Shown: positions 26,076-39,265 of the stretch, in pieces
How the letters are laid out: each line of letters opens with the position of its first letter
Numbering within the stretch: position 1 is the stretch's first letter
NCBI RefSeq assembly: GCF_963921235.1
Contig: NC_086097.1
Coordinates: forward strand, 105,216,001-105,280,000
From: Mobula hypostoma
Taxonomy: Eukaryota
Length of the DNA: 64,000 nt
Direction of reading: 5' to 3'
Translations under genes and position numbers: made by a program
Notes under the pieces: model-generated
Told to the model about the DNA's origin: nothing
The model's database searches: none
Seen by the model: the letters and a program-made list of their open reading frames with translations, nothing else

Positions 26076-27590
26076 CCACCACCGCCTATTCCAACACCAG
26101 GAAGTTCAACTGGTACGTCGGGTCATTTTTCTCACATTGCACCAAACTCCTCCGGCCAAAAACTCCTCCACATGTGACACTTCGCTTCTGTTGCCTGGGC
26201 TCAGCCACTCACCTCGCCTCATAGTCCCCCCAGTCGAATCCAAGCTCTAGGCAGTCATCCACATACACCAAAACTCCACACACCTTCACTTCCCCCATGG
26301 TCTTCCTCATGCCCCGCGGGAAGGTTGCAGGGGCTCCGGATATGCCCTTTGGCATCTTTTCGGATTGGAAGAATCCTAGGGAACTAATAACGGCCGTCTT
26401 CTCTTCATCAGCTGCACTCCTCGGGATCTGGCAACATCCACTCCTCAGATCCAGCACATTAAACTACGTTGCATAATCTGCACACACGCTGCCTACGTCT
26501 TCCACGGCGCCAGGGTCCACTGAGGTGTCTTCAGCGGTCAACTCCCCTCCCTCGTGGTAGTTCGGAGCGCCTGCTAAGAGGGTTTCACCCTCAGCTACTT
26601 CCCCCAGGCCGTACCACAGCTGGGTCTCGTTTAAATTCCATACTGGCTCAAGGCTGCTACACACGTCCTCAGAAGCAACTCGACACGCTGGGTGCCCCCA
26701 TGAACTCCAGGGTCATTAACCAATCATCGTCTTCTGGATAATTACTGGCACTGGTACCCAAAATCTCCGGTGCCCTTGCGGTTGTCAAGGGTAAATGCTT
26801 CAGACATCAGTTGTAAAACGAACTGTACAGCAACTTGACCTGCGCCCCGGGGTCGAGGATGGCTTTAGCATCGTTTCCCTCTATCCATAACGACACCCTG
26901 GGGCGTGGTCCCTCTAAGCCTTCAGGAATAGGGTCTTCTCCTTTCGGAAGTTCATTGGTACATTGCTGGGAACGTGCTCCTCCAGAGACCCCAAGCTGTT
27001 CCCCCACTGGGCCTCCACTAAGTTTCCCGACACCTCTCTGATCAGCTGAACAACTGGAGGAGGGGCTGATCCCCTGAAATGATCCCCCTGGCACTGCAAG
27101 CAATTTAGTTGCCCTCCCAAACACACAGAAAACTTTTCCCCCTCTTTCAAATAACTGACAGCTGTCACTACAGTGTAGTTGAACCTGACAGCTCTAACAC
27201 TGTCACCAGCCCACCTACTTAAACTTTCAACCAATCCCTGTCGCTCTCCCTCAACCAAGCACCGCCACTCATCTAACAACTGAGAGATCTGCTCCGCCCA
27301 CGTCTCGCACGCCTCCACCCCTCTTGGGGTGGACACTATCCCAAACGCCAGGTGGAGCCTGCCAGAGCTAGAACATTTATTCGCAGACACTACCTCCAAA
27401 TCAGACAACTCTTTCCTCTCTCTCCCAACAGCATGGACAGCCCCGAGTTCCACCCCCAACTCATCAACGCTAGTCTGAACTCGAACAAAGACCCCACTCA
27501 CCACGCATACAGCAATAACCAGCAAATAACCCACAGAGACACACATTACTGATTGAAACAGGGCAACCACACAGCATACCACTAGATCCA

Positions 27591-27610
27591 ATCCCGGACA
27601 AAAGCCCCCA
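27591..27610 (-). promoter_or_regulatory. Primer-binding site, tRNA-Pro-like
   Basis: TGGGGGCTTTTGTCCGGGAT versus canonical TGGGGGCTCGTCCGGGAT, 2 nt after the LTR. Confidence 0.7.
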
Positions 27611-27612
27611 AA

Positions 27613-28321
27613 TGTAGCCCCCCTGGCCACCCTCAGGGTCGCTCAGCTTGCTGTCGTCTAGAGAAACAGCCCTCGGCCCCGCCAAACTGGGTAATTAGTT
27701 TGTGTGGATGCTGTGTGATGTACCCCACCCCACCCAAATAACAGACAATACACTAGATACAATTAAATGATTTACAGTTTATAGATATTTCTGGAACTAT
27801 GTAATTAATAGAGAATAAAATATAAACGGAAAATAAAAGGCGCCAAACTTATCAAAGTTCAATCTATTCGTGCACAAACAGTTGGAGCTCAGGGCCCTCC
27901 TTCTTCACCCTGCAATCCCCTCAGACCACCTCAACCTACCGCCTGGGACCAACAATGGTGGTCGACCAGACGCTCCACGAGTCCATCTCCGTCTCCTCTC
28001 CTCGCTGAACACCCTGGACCTTGGACTCCTGCTCGGGGTCGGATCCTGTTAGCAGACTCACAGCACCTGGTCCATCCTCTGTCTCTCTCTCCCGCCTTCT
28101 CCCCAAAAACCTGCGCATCACAATATCTTACAGACACACAGAAAGCATAACACTATCCCAATTGGTTCATAACACCTTACCAGTAACATGATGCAAACAA
28201 CCGCTAGCGGGAGGACTTTCTCAGCAGTTAACATAACAAAGAAGCCCTTTCAATTATAACATAACAAAGAAGCCATTTTAATTAGACTACGCAGTGACAT
28301 AAAAAAAAGAAACCCCTTACA
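27613..28321 (-). repeat. 5' LTR of the Gypsy element (~709 bp)
   Basis: Minus strand begins TGTAAGGGG and ends GGGGCTACA, directly followed by the PBS. Confidence 0.8.
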
Positions 28322-29021
28322 CTACAATCAATTGAAACACCTTGACTGTACACAGTAATAGTCATAATCATACTTTATTGATCCCAGGGGAAATTGGTTT
28401 TCGTTACAGTTGCACCATAAATAATAAATAGTAATAGAACCATAAATAGTTATAGTAATATGTAAATTATGCCAGTAAATTATGAAATAAATCCAGGACC
28501 AGCCTATCAGCTCAGGGTGTCTGACCCTCCAAGGGAGGAGTTGTAAAGTTTGATGGCCACAGGCAGGAATGACTTCCTATGACGCTCTGTGCTACATCTC
28601 GGAGGAATGAGCCTCTGGCTGAATGTACTCCTGTGCCCACCCAGCACATTATGTAGTGGATGGGAGACATTGACCAAGATGGCATGCAACTTAGACAGCA
28701 TCGGGTAAGAAACATAATGTGACTGGGACCATGGTAATCTCCATTTAACTAATTATGAGACTTCTAAAACCAATTGGCTGCACCAGTGATGATTTGATGT
28801 GTCATATTAAACGGGGTGAATACTTATGCGATCAATTATCGTTTGTTTTATATTTGTAATTTAGATCACTTTGTAGAGATCTGTTTTCACTCTGACACAA
28901 CAGAATCTTTTTCTGGTGATCAGTGCCTAGAAAAGCCAAATTAAATCCACTTATTCCATGTTATAAAACAATAAAACATGAAAAACTTCCAAGAGGGGGT
29001 GAATGCTTTTTATAGGCACTG
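28322..29021 (-). mobile_element. Tc1-like transposon left end, interrupted by a Rex/Babar fragment
   Basis: Minus strand starts TA-CAGTGCCTATAAAAAGCATTCACCCC, with an internal repeat of the transposase-binding motif (ggggtgaatactt). Confidence 0.65.
28358..28702 (-). mobile_element. Rex/Babar-type LINE 3' end
   Basis: LHAILVNVSHPLH..RKSFLPVAIKLYN; very similar to 56080-56420. Confidence 0.75.
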
Positions 29022-30239
29022 TATTTCATGTATTTAGGAAAGGTCCATTTCCGTCCTATATGACTGACTCTGGGGCCTTATTATATTACAGGCCATAACG
29101 AAAAGTTCAGAGAATGTAGACCCAAGTTCTATAATACCAAAATTAGAATTTATGAACATAAGGAACACAAGAAGTCAGAGCAGGAAAAGATGCTCTGCAG
29201 TTCAATATGATCAGGGTAGCTTTTAGCATGACTTTCCCACACTACTAAGTCCTCGGAGTTGCTTAATATGTACAAAGCTGCGGACAGCTGTTTTACCCTC
29301 TGTCAGTAACTGACCTCCTCAGTCCTCTTTGCATTGAGAATTCTAAAAATTCACAATCCTCTGGGTGAGGTTTTTCACTGTTGTCCTGAATGGAGCCCTT
29401 CCATCTAAGATCTTTTTTCTACACACTCAAACCAATGGGAACATCAGCATAGCCTCTACCCTGGTAACACCCTGAATTTAAATAATATATAATCTAGATT
29501 AAATGGAGCATGAAGCTGCCAAGTAATCACAGAACCTAATTTATAGTTATACAGCATAGAAACAGGGCCTATAGCCAACTTGTCCAGACCAAACAAGTTC
29601 TGAATGAGTTCTGAATTGTCTGAGTCCCCTCTGCCCACATTTGGCCCATGTCCCTTTTAACTTTGTCTTTCCATGCACCTGTCCAAGTACCTTTTAAATG
29701 CTGCCAATGTACCTGTCTCAACAACATCCTCTGGTGCCTCCTTCCACTAACTTACCTCTGTACAATCATCCTGCACTCTCTTATACTCTTGCTCAATCTC
29801 TCTCCATAATCCTCATGTAGTGGCAATATCCTCATTAATCTCCTCTGAAGCTTAATGGCATCTTCCCTATAGCACGGTGACCAAAACTGAACATAATATT
29901 CCAAATGTCACCTCAACAACATCAAGATCCATCTTTAAATCCTGATAATCATCTTCACTCCCCACACCACCACCTATTTGGAGTCATCTCCAAACTCACT
30001 AACCATGCCTTGTACATTGTTGACCAATATCTTTTTAAGGAAGGGAATCTGCTGCAGTAAACATCTCCAGTCTAATGCCATTTCTTTACCCTGATTTCCA
30101 TAAGTTTTCACCACTATATTAAAGCAATAAGTAAAGAGTAATGAATGTATCGGGCTGTGACCAATCAACGAGAGGATGTGTGTAAATAAAGCTCCCTTTT
30201 CTGGTTAGCTGACTGGTTCCTTCCACTACCACTCTCATC

Positions 30240-31846
30240 CTTCTGGCAGAACTGGTCCTAACCCTCAATAAATTCTCCCTTGGCTTCTCCCACTTCCTTC
30301 AAACCAAAGGTGTAGCCATGGACACTCACATGGATCCCAGCTATGCTTGCTTTTTTGTCGGCTATGCAGAACATTCCATGTTCCAAGCCTACACCGGCAT
30401 CACTCTGCAACTCTTCCTGCGTTACACTGATGACTGCATTGGTGTTGCTTCCTTCATCCATGCTGAGCTCATTAACCACCAACTTCTACCCTGCCCTCAA
30501 ATTTACAACACCTGCCTCTCCTTTTTCAATCTCTCTATCTTCATCGCTGGAAACAGTCTATCTACTGATACCTTTTATAAGGATATTGATTCTCACAGCT
30601 ACCTGCACTATACCTCTTCCCGCCTGTCACTTTGCTATCTCCTTCTCTCAGTCCCTCCGTATCCACTGCATCTGCTCTCAGGATGAGGCTTTTCATTTCA
30701 GAACTACTGAGATACCCTTCTTCTTCAAAGGGGTTCCCTTCCTCTACCATCAACGTTGTGCTCACATACATCGCTTCTATTTCACGCATGCCTGCCTTTG
30801 CCCCATCCTCCTGCTGCCACGAAAGGTAAATATTTCCTCTTGTCCTTACCTACCACCCCACTAGCATCAGCGACTGGCACAAAATTCTACATACTTCCAT
30901 CATCACCAACCGGATCCCACCACCAAGCACCTCCTTCCTTCCTCCCCACTTTCCAGACTCACCATGGGATCCCCTTGTCTACTCATCCCTCCTGGTAGTT
31001 ATCCTTGCAAGCAGAACAAATACCACACTTGCCCCTACACCTCCTCCTTCACTACCATTCAGGGTCCCAAACAGTTCTTCCAGGTGGGGCAACACTTTTG
31101 AGTCTGTTGGGGTCATCTACTGCATCCGGTGCTCCTGATGTGGCCTGCTGTGCAATGGTGAGACCTGGCATAGATTGGGAGACCTCTTCGCTAAGCACCG
31201 ACGCTCCATCTGCCAGAAAAAGCAGGATCTCCTGGTAGCCACCCATTTCAATTCTGCTTCCCATTCCCACTTTGACACGTCAGTCCATGGTTTCCTCTAC
31301 TACCGCGATGAGGCCGCACTCAGTTCTGAGGAGCAAAATCTTATGTTCTGTCTGGGTAGCCTCCAATCTGACGGCATTAACATCGATTTTTCAAACTTCC
31401 AGTAGTTGTTGTCCCCCCCGCACCCCATCTCCTTCACCATTTCCCATTCTTGTTTCCCTCTTTCACTTTATCTTCTTACCTGCCCACCGCCTCCCTCTGG
31501 TGCTCCTCCTCCTCCTCTTTCTTCCATGGTCTCCTGTCCTCCTCTCCTCTGTCCCCCTTCTCCAGCCCTTTATCTCTTTCACCAGTCAACTCACCAGCTC
31601 AACTTAACTCCCTTCCCCTATCCCAGTTTCACCTATCACCTACACCTTAACTCCCTTCCCCTCTCCCAGTTTCACTTATCACCTACACCTTCAACTTCTT
31701 CCTACCCTCTGCCGACTTTCTAACTCTGACTTTTCTTTCTTTCCAGTCCTGATGAAGGGTCTCAGCTCAAAACATCGACTGTTTACTCTTTTCCATAGAT
31801 GCTGCCTGGCCTGCTGAGTTCCTCTAGCATTTTGTGTGTGTTGCTG
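30240..31846 (+). mobile_element. Penelope-like element remnant (RT + GIY-YIG + pLTR)
   Basis: GVAMDTHMDPSYACFFVGY..FLRYTDDCIG; VIYCIRCS..GET..RLGD..H..VATHFN; degenerate hammerhead cagtcctgatgaagggtctc at ~31744. Confidence 0.85.
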
Positions 31847-31864
31847 GTGAGTAGTGATTCTATT

Positions 31865-32800
31865 TTACATTAAATGTGAATGATTTGGATGATGGAATTG
31901 ATGGCTTTGTGGCAAAGATTGCAGACAATATGAAGATAGATGGAGGGGCAGGTGGCTTTGAGGAAGTACAGAGGCTACAGAAGAACTTAGATTAGCAGAA
32001 GGGGCAAAGAAATGGCAGATGGAATACAGTGTTGGGAAGCGTATGGTCATGCACTTGGTAGAAGAAATGAAAGGGTTGACTTTTTTTTTTAATATGGAGA
32101 GAGCATTCAAAAATCTGAGGTGCAAAGGGACTTGGGAGTCCTTATGCAGGATTCCCTGAAGGTTGAGTCTGTGGTGAGGAAGGCAAATGCAACGTTAGCA
32201 TTCGTTCTGAGAGGACTAGGATATAAAAGAAAGGATGTGATGTTGAGGCTGTATAAGCATTGGTGAGATCTCGCTTGGAGAATTGTGAGCAGTTTTAGGC
32301 CCCTTATCTAAGAAAGTATGTGTTGACACTGCAGAGGGTTCAAAGGAAAATGATTCTGGGATTGAAAGGCTTGTCATATGAAGAGCGTTTGATGGCTCTG
32401 GGTCTGTATTCTACAGAATTCAGAAGAGTGAGGGGTGATCTCATTGAAATTTATTGAATGGTGAAAGGCCTCGATACAGTGGATGTACAGAGAATATTTC
32501 CTATGATGGGACAGTCTAAGACCAGAGGACACAGCCTCAGAATAGAGGGGCGTCCTTTTAGAACAGAGATGAGGAGGAATTTCTTTAGCCAGAGAGTGGT
32601 GAATTACTGGAATTCATTGCCAAAGGCGGCCAAGGAGGCCAAGTCTTTACGTATACTTAGGGCAGAGGTTGACAGATTCTTGATTGGTCAGGGCATGAAG
32701 GGAAATGGGGAGAAGGCATGAGACTGGGGCTGACAGGAAAAATGGCAGAGCAGACTCGATGCCAAATGGCATAACTCTGTTCCTCTATCTTATAGTCTAA
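31865..32800 (+). mobile_element. CR1 3' fragment, degraded
   Basis: RT C-terminal motifs (TRGHSLRIEGRPFRTEMRRNFFSQRVV). Confidence 0.8.
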
Positions 32801-33584
32801 TAATAACTTCATCATGGTAATAAAACAAAACTAGATAGTAACTGTGCAAGTTCAAAAAAACGTACAAGATCCATTTAAGGAGAAACAGAGCCCAAGAAAA
32901 ATTTCAGTTCAATCCCAAGCTCACTGCGTATGAAGAGTCAGTTACTGTAGATCAGAAATCAGATGATTAGATGTTCATCCCCTCCTCCAATTCTGCCTCA
33001 CCAGCCCAGGTAATACAGCACCACTTCTGCTCCCTGCCTGAAACCAGCCAGGGCTTTGCATCTCCACACAACCCATTTCTCAAAACTGCTGAGCCATCAG
33101 TGAATATTAAAAAAGCACAGCTTAAAGGAACTCCTCTGGCACAGATGGAGAGTGGGACAAAGATGAGTTCTGACACAGGGTTTGACCCAAGATTTCAACA
33201 CTATTCTTCTTTTCACAGATGCTATCTGACTTATTGAGTACTTCTCGCATTTTGTGTTTTTCAGATTTCCAGTATTAACAGTACAGTATATACTTTTTAA
33301 AATTTTCATTTTCAGTCTATTATAAAAGCTCTGTTTTCATTATCATTCCATAATGGGAGCTGAAGCCAGTTATATTATATGGCAGATTAGTAGAACCTAA
33401 CATAAATGATAATTTCCTCTTTACGAATCTCCATTTAAGTCCACTGCCCCTTTTCAAATCCCACTTTAAAGGGGATGCTACAACATCCTCCAACAATATT
33501 TCAGTAAGTCTCTTTCTCAATCACCCAGACCCAGCCTTTTACTGCAAATAATTCCTGTTTATTTCTAAGCAATCAGACATCTTA

Positions 33585-33845
<261 letters not shown>

Positions 33846-34934
33846 TCATGTTCAGCAGGGACAAGGAGAGGGAAGTGCAGGTGTCAGGGGTGGTTACACC
33901 ATCCCCGGTTCCTTTAACTTAACATTTATTGCCGATGGCTGTGGCAGCCCATGTTTCTGCCATCTTCCCCTGCCCTGAGGTCAGTGCACTCACTCAACTT
34001 GGAACAGAGAAGTGAAAGTCACCTCGGACCCAAACACATGCTTCAGAGGCAATCACAGCGGATAATGTTAAGTCAGGTGGTGTGTGGCAGCCCTGGCAAC
34101 AACTTCTTTATTTAATCACATCTCATGCTAATTCTGACAACAGGGAGTTGCCACCAATTGCAGGCCTGTAACAGCCAGCCCAGTTTAGCAGTGCTGATCG
34201 GAATCTCAAAAGGGTGGATCTTGTGACAGCTGTCAGGATGTGTTCCATGAAACACTGCTTTATTTGGAGACACGACAGCTTTCATTTTCTCTTGCTGATC
34301 TTATACACCAAGACAGCAGTTGTTGCAGAGTTAACTTAACATCTGTTGCATCCCATGTGTTTCCTTCCATAAAGAGCTCACTTGTGCTGCCTTAAGTGGT
34401 TTACAGGGATATCATTCATTGGAATTCTATGTGGAAAATAGCTGACAGCTCAGATTATATAAGCAATTCCAAACATTCCTCTCTCAACAAGAATGAGTTA
34501 TATTTAATGAATCTACTGGAGTGCTTTGAGGTGTAACTAACAGAATAGATGAGCGGGAACATGCTGCTTTTGGATTTTTCAAAACTCTGACAGGCCCCAC
34601 TAAACTCCCACAGATTGACAATTAGTTAATAGACCAACAAGCAATGGGCACGAGCCATCCTCCTCACGCTGACTGACTGGTTCAGAGGTCCCCACTGAAC
34701 CAAGAATCTGGACGAGGGGATAGAGCTTAATATATCCAGGTTGTTTAAAACACAAAACAAACATGGGAATATGATAAACATGAGATATTCTGCAGGTGCT
34801 GTAAATCCAAAGCAACACACACACAAAATGCTGGAGGAACTCGGCATGTCAGGGAGCGTCTATGGAAATGAATAAACAGAATTTCTCTCAATAAAAATAA
34901 ATAATAGAACCTCCATGTCCATGTTCTAAAACTC

Positions 34935-35531
34935 AATCATTCGTAAATTCTGCCGACGCATCCTAGATTCCAAGTCAGAGTTTTTAAAAGTCAGAAAGTC
35001 AAGTTTCTTCTTCATTACATTAATTGTTTCCTCGATTTTCCCCATCCTAAGCTCACTTTGTTGCGCGAATTTTTGAAGATCAGATATAGCCGACTGATGT
35101 TCCGCAATACATGTTTGCATCTTATCAATTGAATCGGCAATTTTCTGAAGATTAGTTGAGATTTCCGTATGAATCAAGTCTTTAACAGAGTCTGCAATTT
35201 CCGTACGAATCACCTCCCTAACAGAGGTTGAAATTTCCCTCTGAATTAACTCCGATATAGCTTTCAAAGTCACCGGTGATTCAGTCGGGAGGAGATCCGT
35301 AGCTTTCGGTTTAACCGGAGGTTTACCATCCTTGCCGTTTTTCCCGTTCTTAGACATAGCAGATCTAAGTTCCATCCAGTTGTCGGAGAATTCAGTTTAA
35401 TTCAAAGTATTGTAAGAGTTGATGCCTTAATGGTTAATTAAAGTATAGCTGACCATAGAGAAAAAAAACTCAGAGGTAATGGAGCGAGTCAAGAACGCGA
35501 CTTCACTCCATGAGCGCTACCGGAAGTCCCC
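34935..35531 (-). mobile_element. L1-clade LINE 5' UTR plus N-terminal ORF1 only, flanked by a 16-bp TSD
   Basis: Starts GGGGACTTCCGG; coiled coil then DLESRMRRQNLRMI (L1 ORF1 motif). CCATGTTCTAAAACTC at 34919-34934 and 35532-35547. Confidence 0.8.
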
Positions 35532-36169
35532 CCATGTTCTAAAACTCGACCAATTGCTTTAGATACCCCTGCCACAGGAAAAAAGGTTTCTTACCGCCTA
35601 CACTATCTATGCCTCTCATAATCTTGTATCCCTCAGTCAGATTTCACCCTCAATTGCCCCTACTCAAAGGAAAACATACCCAAACTGCCCAGTGTCCCCC
35701 TGTAACTGAAAAACTCCACCCCAAGTCACATCCTGGGGAATCTCCTCTGCACTCTCTCCAGTACGATCACATCCTTCTGATAGTGTGGTGCCCAGAACTG
35801 TACACAGTGTTCCAACAGCAGCCAATCCAACTCCACACTCCTATAATTTTATCCCCCCTATCCCTAGTTCACCAATAAGTTGCCACCGTCAGGAATAACT
35901 GGATTTGCACATCGTGATTCCTCTGTTCCTCAATAATCTGCAGAACCCTATCTCTGTTACTACTCTCAAAATGCATCACCTTGCACCTACCAGTAAAACG
36001 TTCCTTTTGCCATTTCTTACACATTTTCCTAACCGAGCAATTTCACCTCTTCAGCATATAACCTGTAGCATCAGAGCTCCCAACACACTAGACCACTAAG
36101 GTTAGGAATGCCTGCTGTTCTATGCCCAGACTGGATCCCGGGCTGTCCTTCTGCCTGCATACAGGCAGA

Positions 36170-38740
36170 GTTTTCCCCAATCAGAACCCTGGATGAAACA
36201 TGAGATCCACAATCTGCTGAGGGCCAGTTCAAAGGCATTCAAGTCTAGTGACCAAGAAAGTTACAAGAGGTAACTTTCCGGAAATGCATCTCACGAGTGA
36301 AGTGGAAATTCCAGACTAAACTTGAATCAACAAAGGGTGCTCAACAGTTCTGACAGGGCTTGAATACTAACACCTCTTATAAAGTAAAATCAAGAAACAA
36401 AGGTAACAACAAGGCTTCGCTTTCAGATGAGCTCAATGACTTCCATGCTCGCATTGACTATCAAAACTTGGAGGAACCATCACAACTCCCACAGCCCTCA
36501 AATGACCCTGTGGGAAGCCCACAAAAAGCATCCGGCTCAAACGTGGTACCTGGCCAAGTACTAAAGCTCTGTGCTGAGCAACTGGCTAGAGTGATCACTA
36601 AAATCTTTAACTGCTTTGGCAGTCTGAGGTATCTATTTGCTTCAGGCAGGCTTCACATATACCAGTGCCTAAAACAAAGCTGGCAGCCTGCCTCAATGAT
36701 CATCATCCAGCAGCACCTGCATAGGCAGTGAAGTATTCTGAGAGGCTGCTGATGAAGCACGAGAAGTCATTTGCATCTGCTCCAATTTGCCTTCTGGTGC
36801 AACAAGTTCACAACAGATGCCCGGTGGTTCTTCCCACAACCCTGGAAGTTCTGCACAGCAAAGATACATACATCAGAATGCTCTTTATTGACTACAACTC
36901 AGCATTCAATACCATCATTCCCTCAAAATTAATCAATAAGCCCCAAGATCCTGGCCTCGGTACCTCCCTGTGCAATTGGATCCTCTATTTCCTCACTTGC
37001 AGACCCCAGAGAGTTTAAATTGGCAACATCTCCTCCATAATCTCCATTAGTACAGGAACACTACAGGGATGTATGCTTAGCCCCCTGCTCTACTCGCTTA
37101 CACTGTGACTGTGTAGCTAAGCCATGTAACAATGCCATGTTCAAGTTTGCTGATGACACCACTGTAGCTGGCCAAATCAAAGCATCTAGACGGGAGACTG
37201 AAAATCTAGCGGAGTGATGCCAGAACAACTTACTCAATGTTAGCAAGACCAAGAAGCTGATTTTTGATTTCAGGAGGAGGAAACCAGAGGTCCACGAGCC
37301 AGTCCTCATTAGAGAATCAGAGGAGGACAGTTAGTATTGTATTATCATCTCCAAGAACTTCTCCTGGGCTCAGCACGCAAGTGCAATCACGAAGAAAACA
37401 ATGCAGTGCTTCTACTTCCTTAGCAATTTGCTGAGATTCAGCATGACATGTAGAACTTTGACAAACTTCTATGGATGTGTGGTGGAGAGCATATTAACTG
37501 GCTGCATCACCGTGGTATGGAAACACCAATGTCCTTGAATGGAAAATCCTACAGAAGTAGTGAATACAACCCAGTCCATCATGGGTAAAGCACTCCCCAC
37601 CACTGAGCACGTCTACATGGAGTGCTGACACAGGAGAGCAGCATCTGTCATCAAGAACCACCCAACAATCCCACCCTGCACCCCCCCCCCCCCCCAGATT
37701 CTGCTCTCTTCCACTGCTGCTACCAGGAAGAAGCTACAGGAGCCTCGGAACTCACACAACCAGGTTCAGGAACAATTATTACCCCTCAACATCAGGCTCC
37801 TGAACCAGAGGAGATAACTTCACTCTACTTCACTTGCCCATCACTGAAATGTTCCCACAACCCGTGAATTCACTTTCAAGGGCTTTTCAATTCATGCTCT
37901 CTATATTTACAGATTGGCCTAATCTCGAAAGATAATGAGGCAGCCTACAGGGAAGAAGTCATCACCCTGACACAGTGGTGTCAAGAAAACAACCTCTCCC
38001 TCAATGTCGCAAAAACAAAGGAGCTGGTTGTGGACTACAGGAGGAACGGAGACAGGCCAACTCCTATTGACATCAATGGGGTTGCGAGGATGAACAGCTT
38101 TAAGTTCCTCGGCATACACATCACCGGGGATCTCACATGGTCTGCACATACCGGCTGTGTGGAGAAAAAGTCTCTTTCACCTCAGACGGCTGAAGAGGTA
38201 TGGTATGGGCCCCCAAATTCTAAGCACTTTCTACAGGGGCACAATTGAGAGCATCCTAACTGGCTGCATCACTGCCTAGTATAGGAATTGTACTTCCCTC
38301 AATCGCAGGACTCTGCAGACAGTGGTGCAGACAGCCCAGTGGATCTGTAGATGGGAACTTCCCACTATTCAGGACATTTACAAAGACAGGTGTGCAGCAG
38401 CATAAAAGAGAGGACCAACAGGCTCCGGGACTGCTTCCTCCATCAGGCCATCAGACTGATTAATTCATGCTGCTACAATTGTATTTGTTGACTGTCCTGT
38501 TTTACATATTAATTATTACAAATTACTATAAATAGCACATTGCATATTTAGGAGCTTTCTGTATTTGCACAGTTTGATGCCTTTAGCACACTGGTTGAAT
38601 GTCCAAGCTGCTGTGGTCTTTTACCGATTCTATTGTGGTCATTATTCTATTATGGATTTATTGAAAATACCCACAAGAAAATTAATCTCTGGATTGTATA
38701 TGGTGACATACATGCCCTTAGATAATAAATGTACTTCTTG
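36170..38740 (+). mobile_element. Rex/Babar LINE remnants (at least two fragments)
   Basis: [25 protein letters not shown] and [23 protein letters not shown] motifs. Confidence 0.75.
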
Positions 38741-39044
38741 AACTTTTAGCCTAAATGCTATCCTCTTCACTATCAACAGCACAACTAATATTTAAGTCAT
38801 CAAACAATTAATAACTATATCCTCTGTATTCACATGCAAACCCTTAATGTGCTGAATGTGTATCGCAGACAATAAGGGTCCGAGTACCTACCTCTGTGAT
38901 ACACAACTGGTCACGGGCCATCTAATCACAAAAGCAACTCTCCACCATTGCCCAGACATCATAATCCAAGTCAACTTTGGATCCAATTTGCCAGCTTTCT
39001 CTGGGATCCAAGGAATGTGGGCTTTGCAGGCTAATTGCTCATTG

Positions 39045-39265
39045 AATAGCAGGTAGTATGAAGCTATTACAGCTGAGGGCGTTTGGAGTTCAGAGTTCAA
39101 TTCTGTTGTCCTCTGCAAGCACGTTCTTTCCCACGTACATGTGGGTTTCCTCCAAATGCTCCAGTTTCCTCCTGCAGTCCAAAGACGTACCCATAAGTGG
39201 GTCATCGCAAATTGCTGGGTGGTGTGGCTCGAAAGGCTAGAAGGGACTGTTCTGCACCACATCTT
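39045..39265 (+). mobile_element. tRNA-derived V-SINE-like element
   Basis: Central gggtttcctcc..tgctccagtttcctcctgcagtccaaagacgtac, V-domain-like. Confidence 0.6.

Larger units (their letters stand above)
24871..28321 (-). mobile_element. Gypsy/Ty3 LTR retrotransposon (PNMA-like gag), internally deleted, carrying a captured myosin fragment; 3' LTR not seen
   Basis: LTR TGT..ACA at 28321-27613. tRNA-Pro-like PBS. Gag ETWAEQISQLLDEW..LVESL, protease [37 protein letters not shown], RNaseH EKNDPTYQLNFLVLE*AVVD. Confidence 0.88.
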
